A stretch of 64,000 nt of DNA. It comes from Candidatus Cryptobacteroides sp. GTDB taxonomy: Bacteria > Bacteroidota > Bacteroidia > Bacteroidales > UBA932. This document shows positions 9,429 through 18,867 of this stretch, in pieces. Numbering within the stretch: position 1 is the stretch's first letter; every line of letters starts with the position of its first letter. The stretch spans positions 17,271-81,270 of the forward strand of contig JBJEBV010000102.1 in NCBI GenBank assembly GCA_051870395.1. Reading direction: 5' to 3'. A program made the position numbers and the translations under genes. The notes below the pieces were generated by a model that saw only the letters and a list, made by a program, of their open reading frames with translations, made no database searches and was not told the DNA's origin.

Positions 9429-10463
9429 TCATAGTCCGTAAACGCTTGATGTCTCAGCCAGGAAGCAATCACCCCATCTCCCGGCGATTCCATCCAGGAT
9501 TTTCACAAGTTCATCGGCCGAAGGCTCTGTCACAAGTCTCATCCTGGTGTCCTTGAAGTCAGGAAGGCTCTTGAAATAGCAGGACAGGTGGCGACGCATC
9601 TCGAGCACCCCGATTACAGGTCCCTTGAGCCCGGTTGACAGGGAGAGATGCCATTTTGCAAGCTCAACCCTCTCCCTTACTGACATTGGCGGAAGCAACT
9701 CACCGGTAGCGAGATAGTGTTTTATTTCCCTGAACAGCCAGGGATGTCCGAAAGATGCCCTGCCTATCATTATGCCGTCCACACCGTATCTGTCAAATGC
9801 TTCGCGGGCCTTCCCGGGTGAGTTTATATCCCCATTGCCGATAATTGGAATGTGCATTCTGGGATTGTTCTTCACCTCTCCAATCAATGTCCAGTCAGCC
9901 TCGCCCTTGTACATCTGGCACCTTGTCCGTCCGTGTATCGTAAGTGCCTGGATGCCGGTATCCTGAAGCCTTTCGGCCAGTTCCACTATGATTTTCGAGT
10001 CTTCGTCCCAGCCAAGACGGGTCTTCACTGTCACCGGCTTCTTGACGGCCTCCACTATCATTTTGGTAATCATCACCATCTTGTCCGGCTCCTTCATCAT
10101 TCCCGAGCCTGCTCCGCGTCCGGCGATTTTGCTCACCGGGCAGCCGAAATTTATGTCAATCAGGTCGCAGCCGTGACCACCGGCTATCTCAGTGGCTGAT
10201 TCCGCCATCCGGGCAGCCTCCACCATTGATTCCGGGTTGTTTCCGTATATCTGGATACCGATTGGGGCCTCCTCGTCCGAGGTCTTCATCTTGGCAATGG
10301 CCTTGGCTGCATCCCTTATCAGCCCGTCTGACGGAATAAATTCCGTATAGACCATGTCGGCACCGTATTTCTTGCAGACGATCCGGAAAGATGCATCTGT
10401 CACGTCCTCCATCGGGGCAAGCAGAACCGGCTTGTCGCCAAGGTCAATATCTCCTATTTTCAT
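9429..10463 (-). CDS. dusB: tRNA-dihydrouridine synthase B
   Basis: LAPMEDVTD, DINFGCP, VKTRLGWD, IHGRT, GNGDI, MIGR. Confidence 0.95.
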   Translation of the reverse strand: MKIGDIDLGDKPVLLAPMEDVTDASFRIVCKKYGADMVYTEFIPSDGLIRDAAKAIAKMKTSDEEAPIGIQIYGNNPESMVEAARMAESATEIAGGHGCDLIDINFGCPVSKIAGRGAGSGMMKEPDKMVMITKMIVEAVKKPVTVKTRLGWDEDSKIIVELAERLQDTGIQALTIHGRTRCQMYKGEADWTLIGEVKNNPRMHIPIIGNGDINSPGKAREAFDRYGVDGIMIGRASFGHPWLFREIKHYLATGELLPPMSVRERVELAKWHLSLSTGLKGPVIGVLEMRRHLSCYFKSLPDFKDTRMRLVTEPSADELVKILDGIAGRWGDCFLAETSSVYGL

Positions 10464-10552
10464 TGAATTATTTCTCCTGATGTGTAAAAGGAATTTTCAA
10501 ATTCTTTATATTTGCAAAATTAATGATAAGATAAGGGAAAACAAAAATTGAT

Positions 10553-11536
10553 ATGGGAAAACAAATCAAGACGGTAGGCATCCTCACATCCGGAGGAGAT
10601 GCACCGGGAATGAATGCATGCATCAGGGCCATCACCAGGACGGCTATTTTCAATGGAATGAAAGTGATGGGCATATATCGTGGATATGAGGGCCTCATCA
10701 ATGGAGAAATCAAGGAATTCACCTCCGAAAGTGTCAGCAATACCATCCAGCGTGGTGGTACAATCCTCAAGACTGCCAGGAGCAAGGAGTTTATGACTCC
10801 TGAGGGAATGCAGAAGGCCTACGACAATCTTGTCAAGTTCGGCATTGACGCATTGATTGTCATAGGCGGAAACGGCTCCCTCACAGGAGCGCAGAACCTT
10901 GCCAGGGAATATGACTATCCGGTCATCGGCCTTCCGGGAACCATTGACAATGATCTTTACGGAACCGACTCCACCATCGGGTATGACACCGCTCTCAATA
11001 CTATTGTTGACTGTGTGGACAAGATTCGTGACACTGCCACCTCCCACGACCGCATTTTCTTCGTCGAGGTGATGGGAAGGGATGCCGGTTTCCTGGCCCA
11101 GAACAGTGCCATCGCAGCCGGTGCCGAGGCTGCCATTATCCCTGAAGACCAGACAGATGTGGACCAGCTGGAGCAGTTCATCAGCAGGGGATTCCGCAAG
11201 AGCAAGAACAGCAGTATCGTGATCGTGTCAGAGAGCAAGAAGGACGGCGGCGCAATGTACTATGCCGAACGTGTCCGCAAGGAATATCCCCAGTACGATG
11301 TAAGGGTGACAATTCTCGGCCATCTCCAGAGGGGTGGTACCCCTACCGCCTGCGACAGGATTCTGGCCAGCCGTCTGGGCCACGCCAGCATTGAGGCTCT
11401 CAAGGAGGGACAGCGCAATGTCATGGTGGGCATACACAATGACCAGATTGTCTATGTGCCTATTGACAGGGCCATCAAGAAGGACAAGCCTATTGCGCAG
11501 GAACTTATTGATGTGCTTGGAGTGCTTTCAATATAG
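10553..11536 (+). CDS. pfkA: ATP-dependent 6-phosphofructokinase
   Basis: [35 protein letters not shown]. Confidence 0.97.
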   Translation: MGKQIKTVGILTSGGDAPGMNACIRAITRTAIFNGMKVMGIYRGYEGLINGEIKEFTSESVSNTIQRGGTILKTARSKEFMTPEGMQKAYDNLVKFGIDALIVIGGNGSLTGAQNLAREYDYPVIGLPGTIDNDLYGTDSTIGYDTALNTIVDCVDKIRDTATSHDRIFFVEVMGRDAGFLAQNSAIAAGAEAAIIPEDQTDVDQLEQFISRGFRKSKNSSIVIVSESKKDGGAMYYAERVRKEYPQYDVRVTILGHLQRGGTPTACDRILASRLGHASIEALKEGQRNVMVGIHNDQIVYVPIDRAIKKDKPIAQELIDVLGVLSI

Positions 11537-11549
11537 GAACTGAAAATTA

Positions 11550-11580
11550 TCCCCGGCCGGTGAGGTCGGGGACTTTTCTT
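11550..11580 (+). terminator. pfkA terminator
   Basis: TCCCCGGCC-ggtga-GGTCGGGGA followed by CTTTTCTT. Confidence 0.7.
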
Positions 11581-11658
11581 ATCTCTCGAAAATGAATCTG
11601 TAGAGCCAGCGGTTGGCCGGGGTCACTGTCTCCGCCGGCCATACAGCTGCCATATTCT

Positions 11659-13305
11659 CTAGTAATTGTCACCTGGTGCAATTGGATAGTCTGCCCTGGT
11701 GTTCGATGTGAACTTTTTGCAACTGTAGGTCCTGCCGTTCCTGTCAGTTGCCCGGATTTCCACATCTGTGCAGGATGCGTCATTGAGAGTATATTTGAAC
11801 ATGTGGGTAATGTTCGTAGGATTATAGGTTCCAGAGTTGCTCCTGCCTACGACTCCAATGTGATAGCCTGCCGCCCAGGCATCGCTCCCGCTGGTGTGAC
11901 GGCTCATGCTTCCGGTCTTGACACCGTTTTCGTAAACGTCCACTGTCCAGCCAGGGTCCCAGTTCCAGATGTTTGCCCATATATCGCCGTTGCCTGTAGA
12001 AGGGAAGTGGAACTGTGTTGAGTATCCGTCCATGTAAGCCAGGTTGCCGCGGTACATCCTTATCTGCTCCGTCACATCCTTGTTTACACCCTTGAACTTC
12101 CAGTCCGAGATGTGGTTGCCTTCCACCTTGTAGATGCCGTATCCGTTAGGGGCGCCGTCGGTATTTATGGTGGACCACCACCAGGCTCCGCATACAGCCG
12201 CATGGGTGTGCTCGTAGATTTTTTCCCTTGAACCGGGTTTAGGGGAATTTATCATCTTGTGGGTGTGACCTGACATGATGTGGCATTCTGCAAACTGGTT
12301 GCAAAGGTCCAGTACTGCGCCAACGTTCTGTTTTGACGTACTGTAGTAAAGCGGAATGTGAACGCAGAGAATCAGGAGTTTGTCCTTTGACACGTAGGAG
12401 AGGTCCTGTTTCAGCCATTCCAACTGGTCGTCCCTGAAGCCGCAGGAGTAAGTCTTCTCCGGGTCGGTTGCCAGGATATCGTCCATTGCGACGATATGCG
12501 CATTGCCCCTGTTGAATGAATAGTTCACAGGACCGAATACTTTTGCGAACGCCTCCTCCATATTGATGTCGCTGTCAATGTGGTAGGCGGTATTGCCGGG
12601 AATGACGGAGTTGTCGTGGTTGCCCATCACCTGGAAGAGAGGAATACCTGTTTTCGTATTGCTCATTGCCGACTTCATTATGCTGAACAGATTGTTCGCC
12701 TTGTTGTAGTCAATGTCCGCGGTGTTGTATCCTATGTCTCCGAGGATAATACCGTATGACGGAAGGTCCTTGTTGGCATCAACATAGGCTTTCAAATCTA
12801 TGACAGACTCGTTTGAGAATCGCTTCGTGTGCCTTGAGGTATTCTGGCATTGAGGATCCGCAAGACAGTAGAGGTAGAAGTTTGTCTCAGGTGATTTCAG
12901 CGGAGTGAGCCGGAAGTCATAATTGGCCTGGCCTGATTTGAGTTCTTTCCAGAAGCATGGCAGACCGTTCTCGACAGGTACTTCATATTCGGCCGGAATG
13001 GATATGAATATTCTCATTGCCTTGTCCGAACCCCTCTTGAGCTGGTAAGTACCTTTCTCGTCAGTAACAGTGCAGACATAACCGTCACTGACGGTAACCC
13101 CTTTTATAGGGTTGCCGTCAGTATCGGTAACAGTACCGCACCAGTCCATTCCTTCCACCAGCTCAGTGTCGTCGCCCGGGGTTGGCTTTTCTTCGGTACT
13201 CCCGCCGCCCGGCCTTACAACCGGTTCCGGACCTTCATCCTTTCCGCAGGAGGCGATTAGGACTGCTGCTGTGATGCAGCAGGATAAAATCCTGATTATC
13301 TTCAT
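11659..13305 (-). CDS. Calcineurin-like metallophosphoesterase lipoprotein (MetallophosN/Metallophos/MetallophosC-type)
   Basis: Lipobox VLIASC; VTVSDG N-domain; metal-ligand motifs ADPQ, LGD, GNHD, VHIP, GHTH; CGAWW...DGAPNGY C-domain. Confidence 0.88.
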   Translation of the reverse strand: MKIIRILSCCITAAVLIASCGKDEGPEPVVRPGGGSTEEKPTPGDDTELVEGMDWCGTVTDTDGNPIKGVTVSDGYVCTVTDEKGTYQLKRGSDKAMRIFISIPAEYEVPVENGLPCFWKELKSGQANYDFRLTPLKSPETNFYLYCLADPQCQNTSRHTKRFSNESVIDLKAYVDANKDLPSYGIILGDIGYNTADIDYNKANNLFSIMKSAMSNTKTGIPLFQVMGNHDNSVIPGNTAYHIDSDINMEEAFAKVFGPVNYSFNRGNAHIVAMDDILATDPEKTYSCGFRDDQLEWLKQDLSYVSKDKLLILCVHIPLYYSTSKQNVGAVLDLCNQFAECHIMSGHTHKMINSPKPGSREKIYEHTHAAVCGAWWWSTINTDGAPNGYGIYKVEGNHISDWKFKGVNKDVTEQIRMYRGNLAYMDGYSTQFHFPSTGNGDIWANIWNWDPGWTVDVYENGVKTGSMSRHTSGSDAWAAGYHIGVVGRSNSGTYNPTNITHMFKYTLNDASCTDVEIRATDRNGRTYSCKKFTSNTRADYPIAPGDNY

Positions 13306-13318
13306 TGTTTATTGTTTT

Positions 13319-15091
13319 TTACTCTGCCCAAAGTTTGTTCTGGCCCAGGTTAGGGTTGATGACAATAGCGCTCCGCGGAATTGGTCTTACATATTTCTTC
13401 TCTTCCCAGGACCTGTCCTTTACATTGTATTTGACCAGGCCGTTCTCCACTCTTGTCCAGCTTGCACCATCTCCGGACGCTTTCTGGTAAACTACACCCG
13501 GTTCGTTGCCCGGTTTATCGGTGGTATAGAAACAGATGTCGTTCACTCCGTCGTTGTTCAGGTCGAAAGGAACGTCAAGTGCAGGAACATAGATTCCGTA
13601 CCAATCCCTGGTGAGGAGGTCAGCCTGATGCCAGCGGTAGAGATCATCCACGCGGAGATTCTCGAGATAGAGTTCGATAGCCCTTTCTCTTCGTATTTCC
13701 AATGCGTCAACATCGTTGATGCCATAGTATGAGGCAAGGAACGGGTCAGCTTCGGACGGTCTTTCCCCGAGGACACCTGCACGCTCGCGGATAGGCTTGA
13801 TAGTCTTCTCCCATACAGAATCGTCGAAACGGCCTTTCTCCCACATTGCCTCGGCATAGTTGAGGAGGACTTCCGCATACCTGAGAATAGGAATAGCGTT
13901 GGTGGCTGAAGCTGATGCCTCATAAGCGGTATCATCGAGGGTGAACTTGCAAACGTGGTATCCGGTTCTGGAAACCGCCATGTTCGGAGGTGTCTTGACG
14001 TTGGCTACTCCACCCTTGGTCTTGGTGTAGTCAGGGCCGACGAAAATCTGTGTCAGGCGCCAGTCTCTTCCGGTCATCTCTGTCACGAAATCCTCTACTT
14101 CAGCAGTGTGGCGGCTTCCATCGAGGTTCAGGAACATCCTGACGAAGTCGTGCGAGCCGGAGTAACTTCCGCCGTATCCGCCTGCTGCGAAGCGCCAGGT
14201 AATCTCGTGTCCGAGATTCAGGGCGGTGCTGTATTCGCGTGCCCAGATGATTTCATTCCTGTTCACCGACTCCTTGGTGAAGAGGTCGCGGTACTGTGTC
14301 TGTACACTGCCGTTGTTCACGATGGTGAACACATTGCTGTTCATGAGTTCCTCGCAGGCACTGATACATTCGTCCATGAACTTTGCCTGGAGGCTCTTGT
14401 CAGCCCAAGGCTCCTGGGTGGAAGGATTCACGCTGTGATACTTCCTGAAAGTACCCTCGTAGAGGCATACCCTTGACTTGAATGCGAGAGCAATGTACTT
14501 GTTGATCTGGGCGCCCTTGGTCCACTCAGCGGAGGAGTAGAGATGGTCGCAGGCGAAGTTGAGGTCTTCAAGGATGTTCTGCATTACCAGGTCGCGGTCG
14601 TCGCGGCCCTTGTAGAGAGCCTCTTCGTCTTCGGAGTCTATAGGCTTGTCATACCAAGGTACATTGCCGAATGTCTTGACTTTTGAATAGTAGAAATATG
14701 CCCTCCAGAATCTTCCGGTAGCTTCATAATGGTTCATTGCCGCCTCGTCCAGGCCCGGTGTCTCACGGAAATGCGCAAGATACCAGTTTACATTATAGAG
14801 CATATTCCAGCTGTCGCTGCTCCATCCGGTCTGCTTGTCTGCATCCCAATAGTCAGTAAGGAAGGCGGTGGAACTTGGAGTTACGCAGATATCGGAATAA
14901 GCGTCGCCAGTGCAAATGTCCAGTCCGCTCGGTGTGTATTTCTGCACGAAACCGTTGATATAGTTTTTCAGTGATGTCTCACTCTGGAAGTACTCCTCGG
15001 AGGAGAAGTTTGCTTCCGGAGTCCTGGTCAGGAAGTCTGAGCAGGATGCGAGAAGAACTGCGCCGGCAATCAGTAATATTGTCTTTTTCAT
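13319..15091 (-). CDS. SusD/RagB family nutrient-binding lipoprotein
   Basis: Lipobox LLASC-SDFL; RFWRAYFY, FGNVPW, RYAEVLLNYAEA, RRERAIEL, NPNLGQN; ATG 15091 preferred over TTG 15100. Confidence 0.95.
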   Translation of the reverse strand: MKKTILLIAGAVLLASCSDFLTRTPEANFSSEEYFQSETSLKNYINGFVQKYTPSGLDICTGDAYSDICVTPSSTAFLTDYWDADKQTGWSSDSWNMLYNVNWYLAHFRETPGLDEAAMNHYEATGRFWRAYFYYSKVKTFGNVPWYDKPIDSEDEEALYKGRDDRDLVMQNILEDLNFACDHLYSSAEWTKGAQINKYIALAFKSRVCLYEGTFRKYHSVNPSTQEPWADKSLQAKFMDECISACEELMNSNVFTIVNNGSVQTQYRDLFTKESVNRNEIIWAREYSTALNLGHEITWRFAAGGYGGSYSGSHDFVRMFLNLDGSRHTAEVEDFVTEMTGRDWRLTQIFVGPDYTKTKGGVANVKTPPNMAVSRTGYHVCKFTLDDTAYEASASATNAIPILRYAEVLLNYAEAMWEKGRFDDSVWEKTIKPIRERAGVLGERPSEADPFLASYYGINDVDALEIRRERAIELYLENLRVDDLYRWHQADLLTRDWYGIYVPALDVPFDLNNDGVNDICFYTTDKPGNEPGVVYQKASGDGASWTRVENGLVKYNVKDRSWEEKKYVRPIPRSAIVINPNLGQNKLWAE

Positions 15092-15102
15092 CTTGTCCAA
15101 AT

Positions 15103-18100
15103 TTAGAATGTGATGCTCAATCCAATTGTGAATGTCCTCATTACAGGATATCCTTCACCGTCACCTGAACCGTCTCCTCCGGCTGTGCTGAGGAAGTCAG
15201 TGTCACCGGCATAAATGTTCTCAGGGTCGAAGTTGACAGCGTGTTTCTTCAGAGGTGTCCAGGTGAGGAGGTTCTCCCCTGTAACATAGACCTTGAGGGC
15301 CTGGAGCCTCATGGCCTCGACAATCTTCTTAGGGAAGGTGTAGTCGATGCTGAGATTCTTGAGGCGCAGGTATGCCGCACTCTGGAGATATCTGGTGTTC
15401 GGCTGCGAGAGGATTCCGTTGGTGTTGGAAGCGTTGTATCCCACTAGGCGTGGCCAGTATGCGTCAGGATTGTCCTCGCTCCATCTTTCGTATGCATGCT
15501 GGGGGAGGTCAACACTGTATGGACGTCCGTATTTTCCCCAGAAGAGGTTGGACTCCTTTGCCGGATACCAGTCGCGTCTTCCTACACCCTGGAGCATTGC
15601 GCTGAGACCGATTCCGTTCCAGTTGATGCCGAGATTGATGCTGTAGAGATAGCGAGGGCTGGTATTTCCGATAACCTTGAGGTCGCCGTGGTTGCTGATG
15701 GTATTGTCTCCGTTGTTGATTTTGCCGTCCCCGTTGAGGTCCTCATAGATAGGGTCTCCGAGGTTAGGTGACCATTTCTCCGACTTGAACTTTGAGTAGT
15801 CAGGAGCCTCGGCAAGCTGGTCGGCAGTCTGATAGAGGCCGTTGCAGGTATAACCCCAGAGCTCACCTATTTCCATTCCCTCGTAATACTTGGTGCTGTA
15901 ATTGGTAGGGAGGGTTCCCGTCTTGGAGGTGTACTTGGTGATGAAACTCCGGCTATCCCATACGGCTGCCTTGATATTGTAGCTGAGGTTTCGTCCGCCT
16001 ACATTGTAACTGTCACGCCAGCCTACACTGAGTTCCCATCCGTTGGTCTTCATGTCGGCATAGTTGCCCTTCGGCGCGCTGTTTCCGAAAACTGCAGGAA
16101 GTTCGTCACCTGCCACATACATATCCGTGGTCATCTTCCGGTAAACGTCAGCAGTAAGGTTGAGCCTTCCGTTGAGGGCTTCGAAGTCAAGACCGATGTC
16201 GTAGGTGGATGCCTTTTCCCAGGTCAGTCCGTCAGGAATAGGGCTTGGAGCACTGGTGTACTTGAAGATGTTTCCATTGTCCACTACAGAACTCTTGCTG
16301 AGGGACATGGTTGACATATAAGCGTAAGCATTGGAAATAAGGCCGTTGCCGGAGGTGCCTGCGGAGAGACGGATTTTCAAGTTGTCAAGCCAGTTGGCGT
16401 TCTTGAGGAACGGCTCCTCCGAGATTCGCCATCCGATGGAACCTGAAGGAAAATAACCCCATTTCTGTCCGGCAGGGAAGCGTGAGTTTCCGTCTCCGCG
16501 GCCGCTGAGCTCAACAAGATAACGTCCTTTGTAATTGTATGACAATCTGTAGAATACGCCTACGAGACCTGAATTGTAGGAACCGTTGTCCTTCATTTCG
16601 AAGTTCTCGCCGTCCACCAGGGTGAAGTTCGGCTTGCTGGAGTCGATCATTCCCTGTCGCGAGTAGTAGTTGGACTTGTATCTGAGGTCCTCGATATTCC
16701 ATCCAGCCATCAATGAGAGGTGGTTGTTCGGGCCGAGATTCGGGGTGTAAGTGAGGGTTGCGTCAGCTGTATTCCTCTGCTGGGTGTTCTCTGTCTGGGT
16801 GTACATCGAGTCAGTAGGTCTCTGGCTTGTGATGCCGGGAGCCGTGCTGTAGGTGTGCTGCGCAATGGATCTGCGTATGCCGCTCTGCCTGTGGTAGAAT
16901 GCGTAGCTGGCCTTTGCGGTGAGGATATCCTTGATGATGTCGATTGTGACAGTAGTCTTGTTGGTTACAGTAAACTTCTGGTCTTTTCTCCAGGAGTCAC
17001 CCTCCACGAAGCCTGCATAACCTGTATAGACTGCGGCATTGGTCCAGGAACCGTCCGGATTGTAAGGTACGGTCATAGGATATGCCTGATGGGCGAACAT
17101 ACGGTACGGGTTGTAGTTGTTGATGCTGACACCCGTATGGTTGGTAGGCTGGTGTGATTTGTAATATGTGAGTTCAGTCTTGTTTTCTACCCTGAACCAA
17201 GGCCTTATGTTCACGTTGCCCTTTGCCGAGAGGTTGTAGGTGCGGTATTTGTCGTCACCTACCTTGTAGATTCCGCCCTGGTCGAAAATTCGGCCTGAGA
17301 CATAGTATGAGGCTGCATCGGTACCGCCGGAAACGTTGATGTTGTGCTGGTGGCTCACTGTCCAGTCCTTGTAGAAGAGATCATACCAGTTTGTGTTTCC
17401 GAAATACTCGTAGTTGCCCTGGGTGTTGATCCTGACAGCGTCAAGTGTAGGATCATTGCTCCTGCGCTCCAGTTCCTGATGCCACTCGCGGTTGTAAGGG
17501 AATGAGTTGTTGATTCCGGTCGGGTCCACGAGACGGCAGTTGTTGTAAGCTTCGATGAAGTCATTTGTCCACTTGAGCCCGTCCCATACGAACTCCGGCT
17601 TTACTGTCCTCTGGGCGAAGTTTACAGTTCCGTTGTAAGTTACCTTGGCCTGTCCCTTTTCTGGAGTCTTGGTGGTGAGAAGGATGACACCGAAAGTGCC
17701 TCGTGCACCGTAAACGGCTGTAGATGAGGCGTCTTTGAGCACTGTGATGGACTCGATATCCTCAGGGTTCACAGAGTTCATGTCTCCCTCTACTCCGTCA
17801 ATGAGAACGAGGGCTGAACCGCCTGAACCGATAGATGTCACATTGCCCCTGATTCGTACTGTAGCGCCGCGGCTCGGTTTGCCGTCGGTGAATGTGAGGG
17901 TGAGGCCGGGAACGTTTCCCTGGAGGGCACGGGTCATATTCATCGCTGATCCCGTCCTTTCCTGGATTTCTTCAGTCTTTACAACCTCCATGGCTCCGAC
18001 AATGTCACGGCGCTTCTGTACTCCGTAACCCACTACCACTGACTCTTCAAGGGTAGTGTTGTCCTGCTCGAGGACTACATTGACCGGTGATGTTCCGACG

Positions 18101-18396
18101 CTCACAGTCTGGGTCTTGAATCCCATGAAAGAAACTTCGAGTTCCTGGCCGGTGGAAGCCTTTAAAGAATAGGAACCGTCAGTTTCGGTCATTGTTCCTG
18201 TCTGGGTGCCGACTACTCTTACGAAAGCACCGGCAACCGGCTCTCCGTTCCTGTCGAGAATCTTGCCGCTGACCTGCCCGCTCTGTGCATTTGCCCAAGG
18301 GGCAATGATGAGGATCATAAGAGCCGTAGCAAAGAGTTTGAACCAAACCGGATTGGACTTGGTCCGGACACTCATTTTTGCATTGGTGTTCTTCAT
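15103..18396 (-). CDS. SusC/RagA TonB-dependent transporter
   Basis: VVVGYGVQK, LKDASSTAVYGARGTFGVILLTTK plug, LTWEK, YLRLKNL, C-terminal Phe. Confidence 0.97.
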   Translation of the reverse strand: MKNTNAKMSVRTKSNPVWFKLFATALMILIIAPWANAQSGQVSGKILDRNGEPVAGAFVRVVGTQTGTMTETDGSYSLKASTGQELEVSFMGFKTQTVSVGTSPVNVVLEQDNTTLEESVVVGYGVQKRRDIVGAMEVVKTEEIQERTGSAMNMTRALQGNVPGLTLTFTDGKPSRGATVRIRGNVTSIGSGGSALVLIDGVEGDMNSVNPEDIESITVLKDASSTAVYGARGTFGVILLTTKTPEKGQAKVTYNGTVNFAQRTVKPEFVWDGLKWTNDFIEAYNNCRLVDPTGINNSFPYNREWHQELERRSNDPTLDAVRINTQGNYEYFGNTNWYDLFYKDWTVSHQHNINVSGGTDAASYYVSGRIFDQGGIYKVGDDKYRTYNLSAKGNVNIRPWFRVENKTELTYYKSHQPTNHTGVSINNYNPYRMFAHQAYPMTVPYNPDGSWTNAAVYTGYAGFVEGDSWRKDQKFTVTNKTTVTIDIIKDILTAKASYAFYHRQSGIRRSIAQHTYSTAPGITSQRPTDSMYTQTENTQQRNTADATLTYTPNLGPNNHLSLMAGWNIEDLRYKSNYYSRQGMIDSSKPNFTLVDGENFEMKDNGSYNSGLVGVFYRLSYNYKGRYLVELSGRGDGNSRFPAGQKWGYFPSGSIGWRISEEPFLKNANWLDNLKIRLSAGTSGNGLISNAYAYMSTMSLSKSSVVDNGNIFKYTSAPSPIPDGLTWEKASTYDIGLDFEALNGRLNLTADVYRKMTTDMYVAGDELPAVFGNSAPKGNYADMKTNGWELSVGWRDSYNVGGRNLSYNIKAAVWDSRSFITKYTSKTGTLPTNYSTKYYEGMEIGELWGYTCNGLYQTADQLAEAPDYSKFKSEKWSPNLGDPIYEDLNGDGKINNGDNTISNHGDLKVIGNTSPRYLYSINLGINWNGIGLSAMLQGVGRRDWYPAKESNLFWGKYGRPYSVDLPQHAYERWSEDNPDAYWPRLVGYNASNTNGILSQPNTRYLQSAAYLRLKNLSIDYTFPKKIVEAMRLQALKVYVTGENLLTWTPLKKHAVNFDPENIYAGDTDFLSTAGGDGSGDGEGYPVMRTFTIGLSITF

Positions 18397-18585
18397 TTCA
18401 TTGCGTTTATTTGTTCATTCGATGTGGTAATACCTCCAAGAGGCGCTGCGAACCAACCACTGGCGAATGCTGCCGGATTACGGTTTGTCAAAACTAATTA
18501 ATTGGCAAAGGTGTTTCTTTTTGTTTTCAGAAATTTTCAATATAACGTTTTAGTGTTTTTCAAAATAATGTTTCAGCGTTTTTCG

Positions 18586-18616
18586 CAAAATTACATATAA
18601 TATTGGTAAAAACAAA
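18586..18616 (-). promoter_or_regulatory. sigmaA promoter of the susC-susD-phosphoesterase operon
   Basis: Minus strand TTTG-N19-TAATTTTG. Confidence 0.7.
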
Positions 18617-18663
18617 AATATCTTCATTTTTCTTCTCATTGGCAGTGAAAATGCTTCCTTTTT

Positions 18664-18699
18664 GTTTCGAAAGTATTTCACTTATGTTTCGATACTTTC
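18664..18699. promoter_or_regulatory. Putative operator between divergent promoters
   Basis: GTTTCGAAAG (18664-73) and GTTTCGATAC (18686-95); GAAAGTAT/ATACTTTC inverted pair; same 10-mer occurs twice at the glpT promoter. Confidence 0.55.
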
Positions 18700-18735
18700 A
18701 AGATAGTGTAGTGCCAAATGAAAAAATGTAAAAAA

Positions 18736-18767
18736 TTTGTACGAATTAAAAAAGTTTGATAAATTTG
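18736..18767 (+). promoter_or_regulatory. sigmaA promoter of the BACON lipoprotein gene
   Basis: TTTG-N20-TAAATTTG. Confidence 0.75.
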
Positions 18768-18867
18768 CGCAGCGAATCAATCAATACGTTGCTGTTGCGT
18801 TACGGCAGAGTCCAGGACTCCGCCGGAGGTTTTGTCTATCAGTACAACCATACAAAACAGAAAACGT

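Noticed and set aside
18397-18585. Riboswitch or ncRNA in the ~190-nt susC leader
   Set aside because: Only short possible stems and no recognisable aptamer consensus; an Rfam search would be needed
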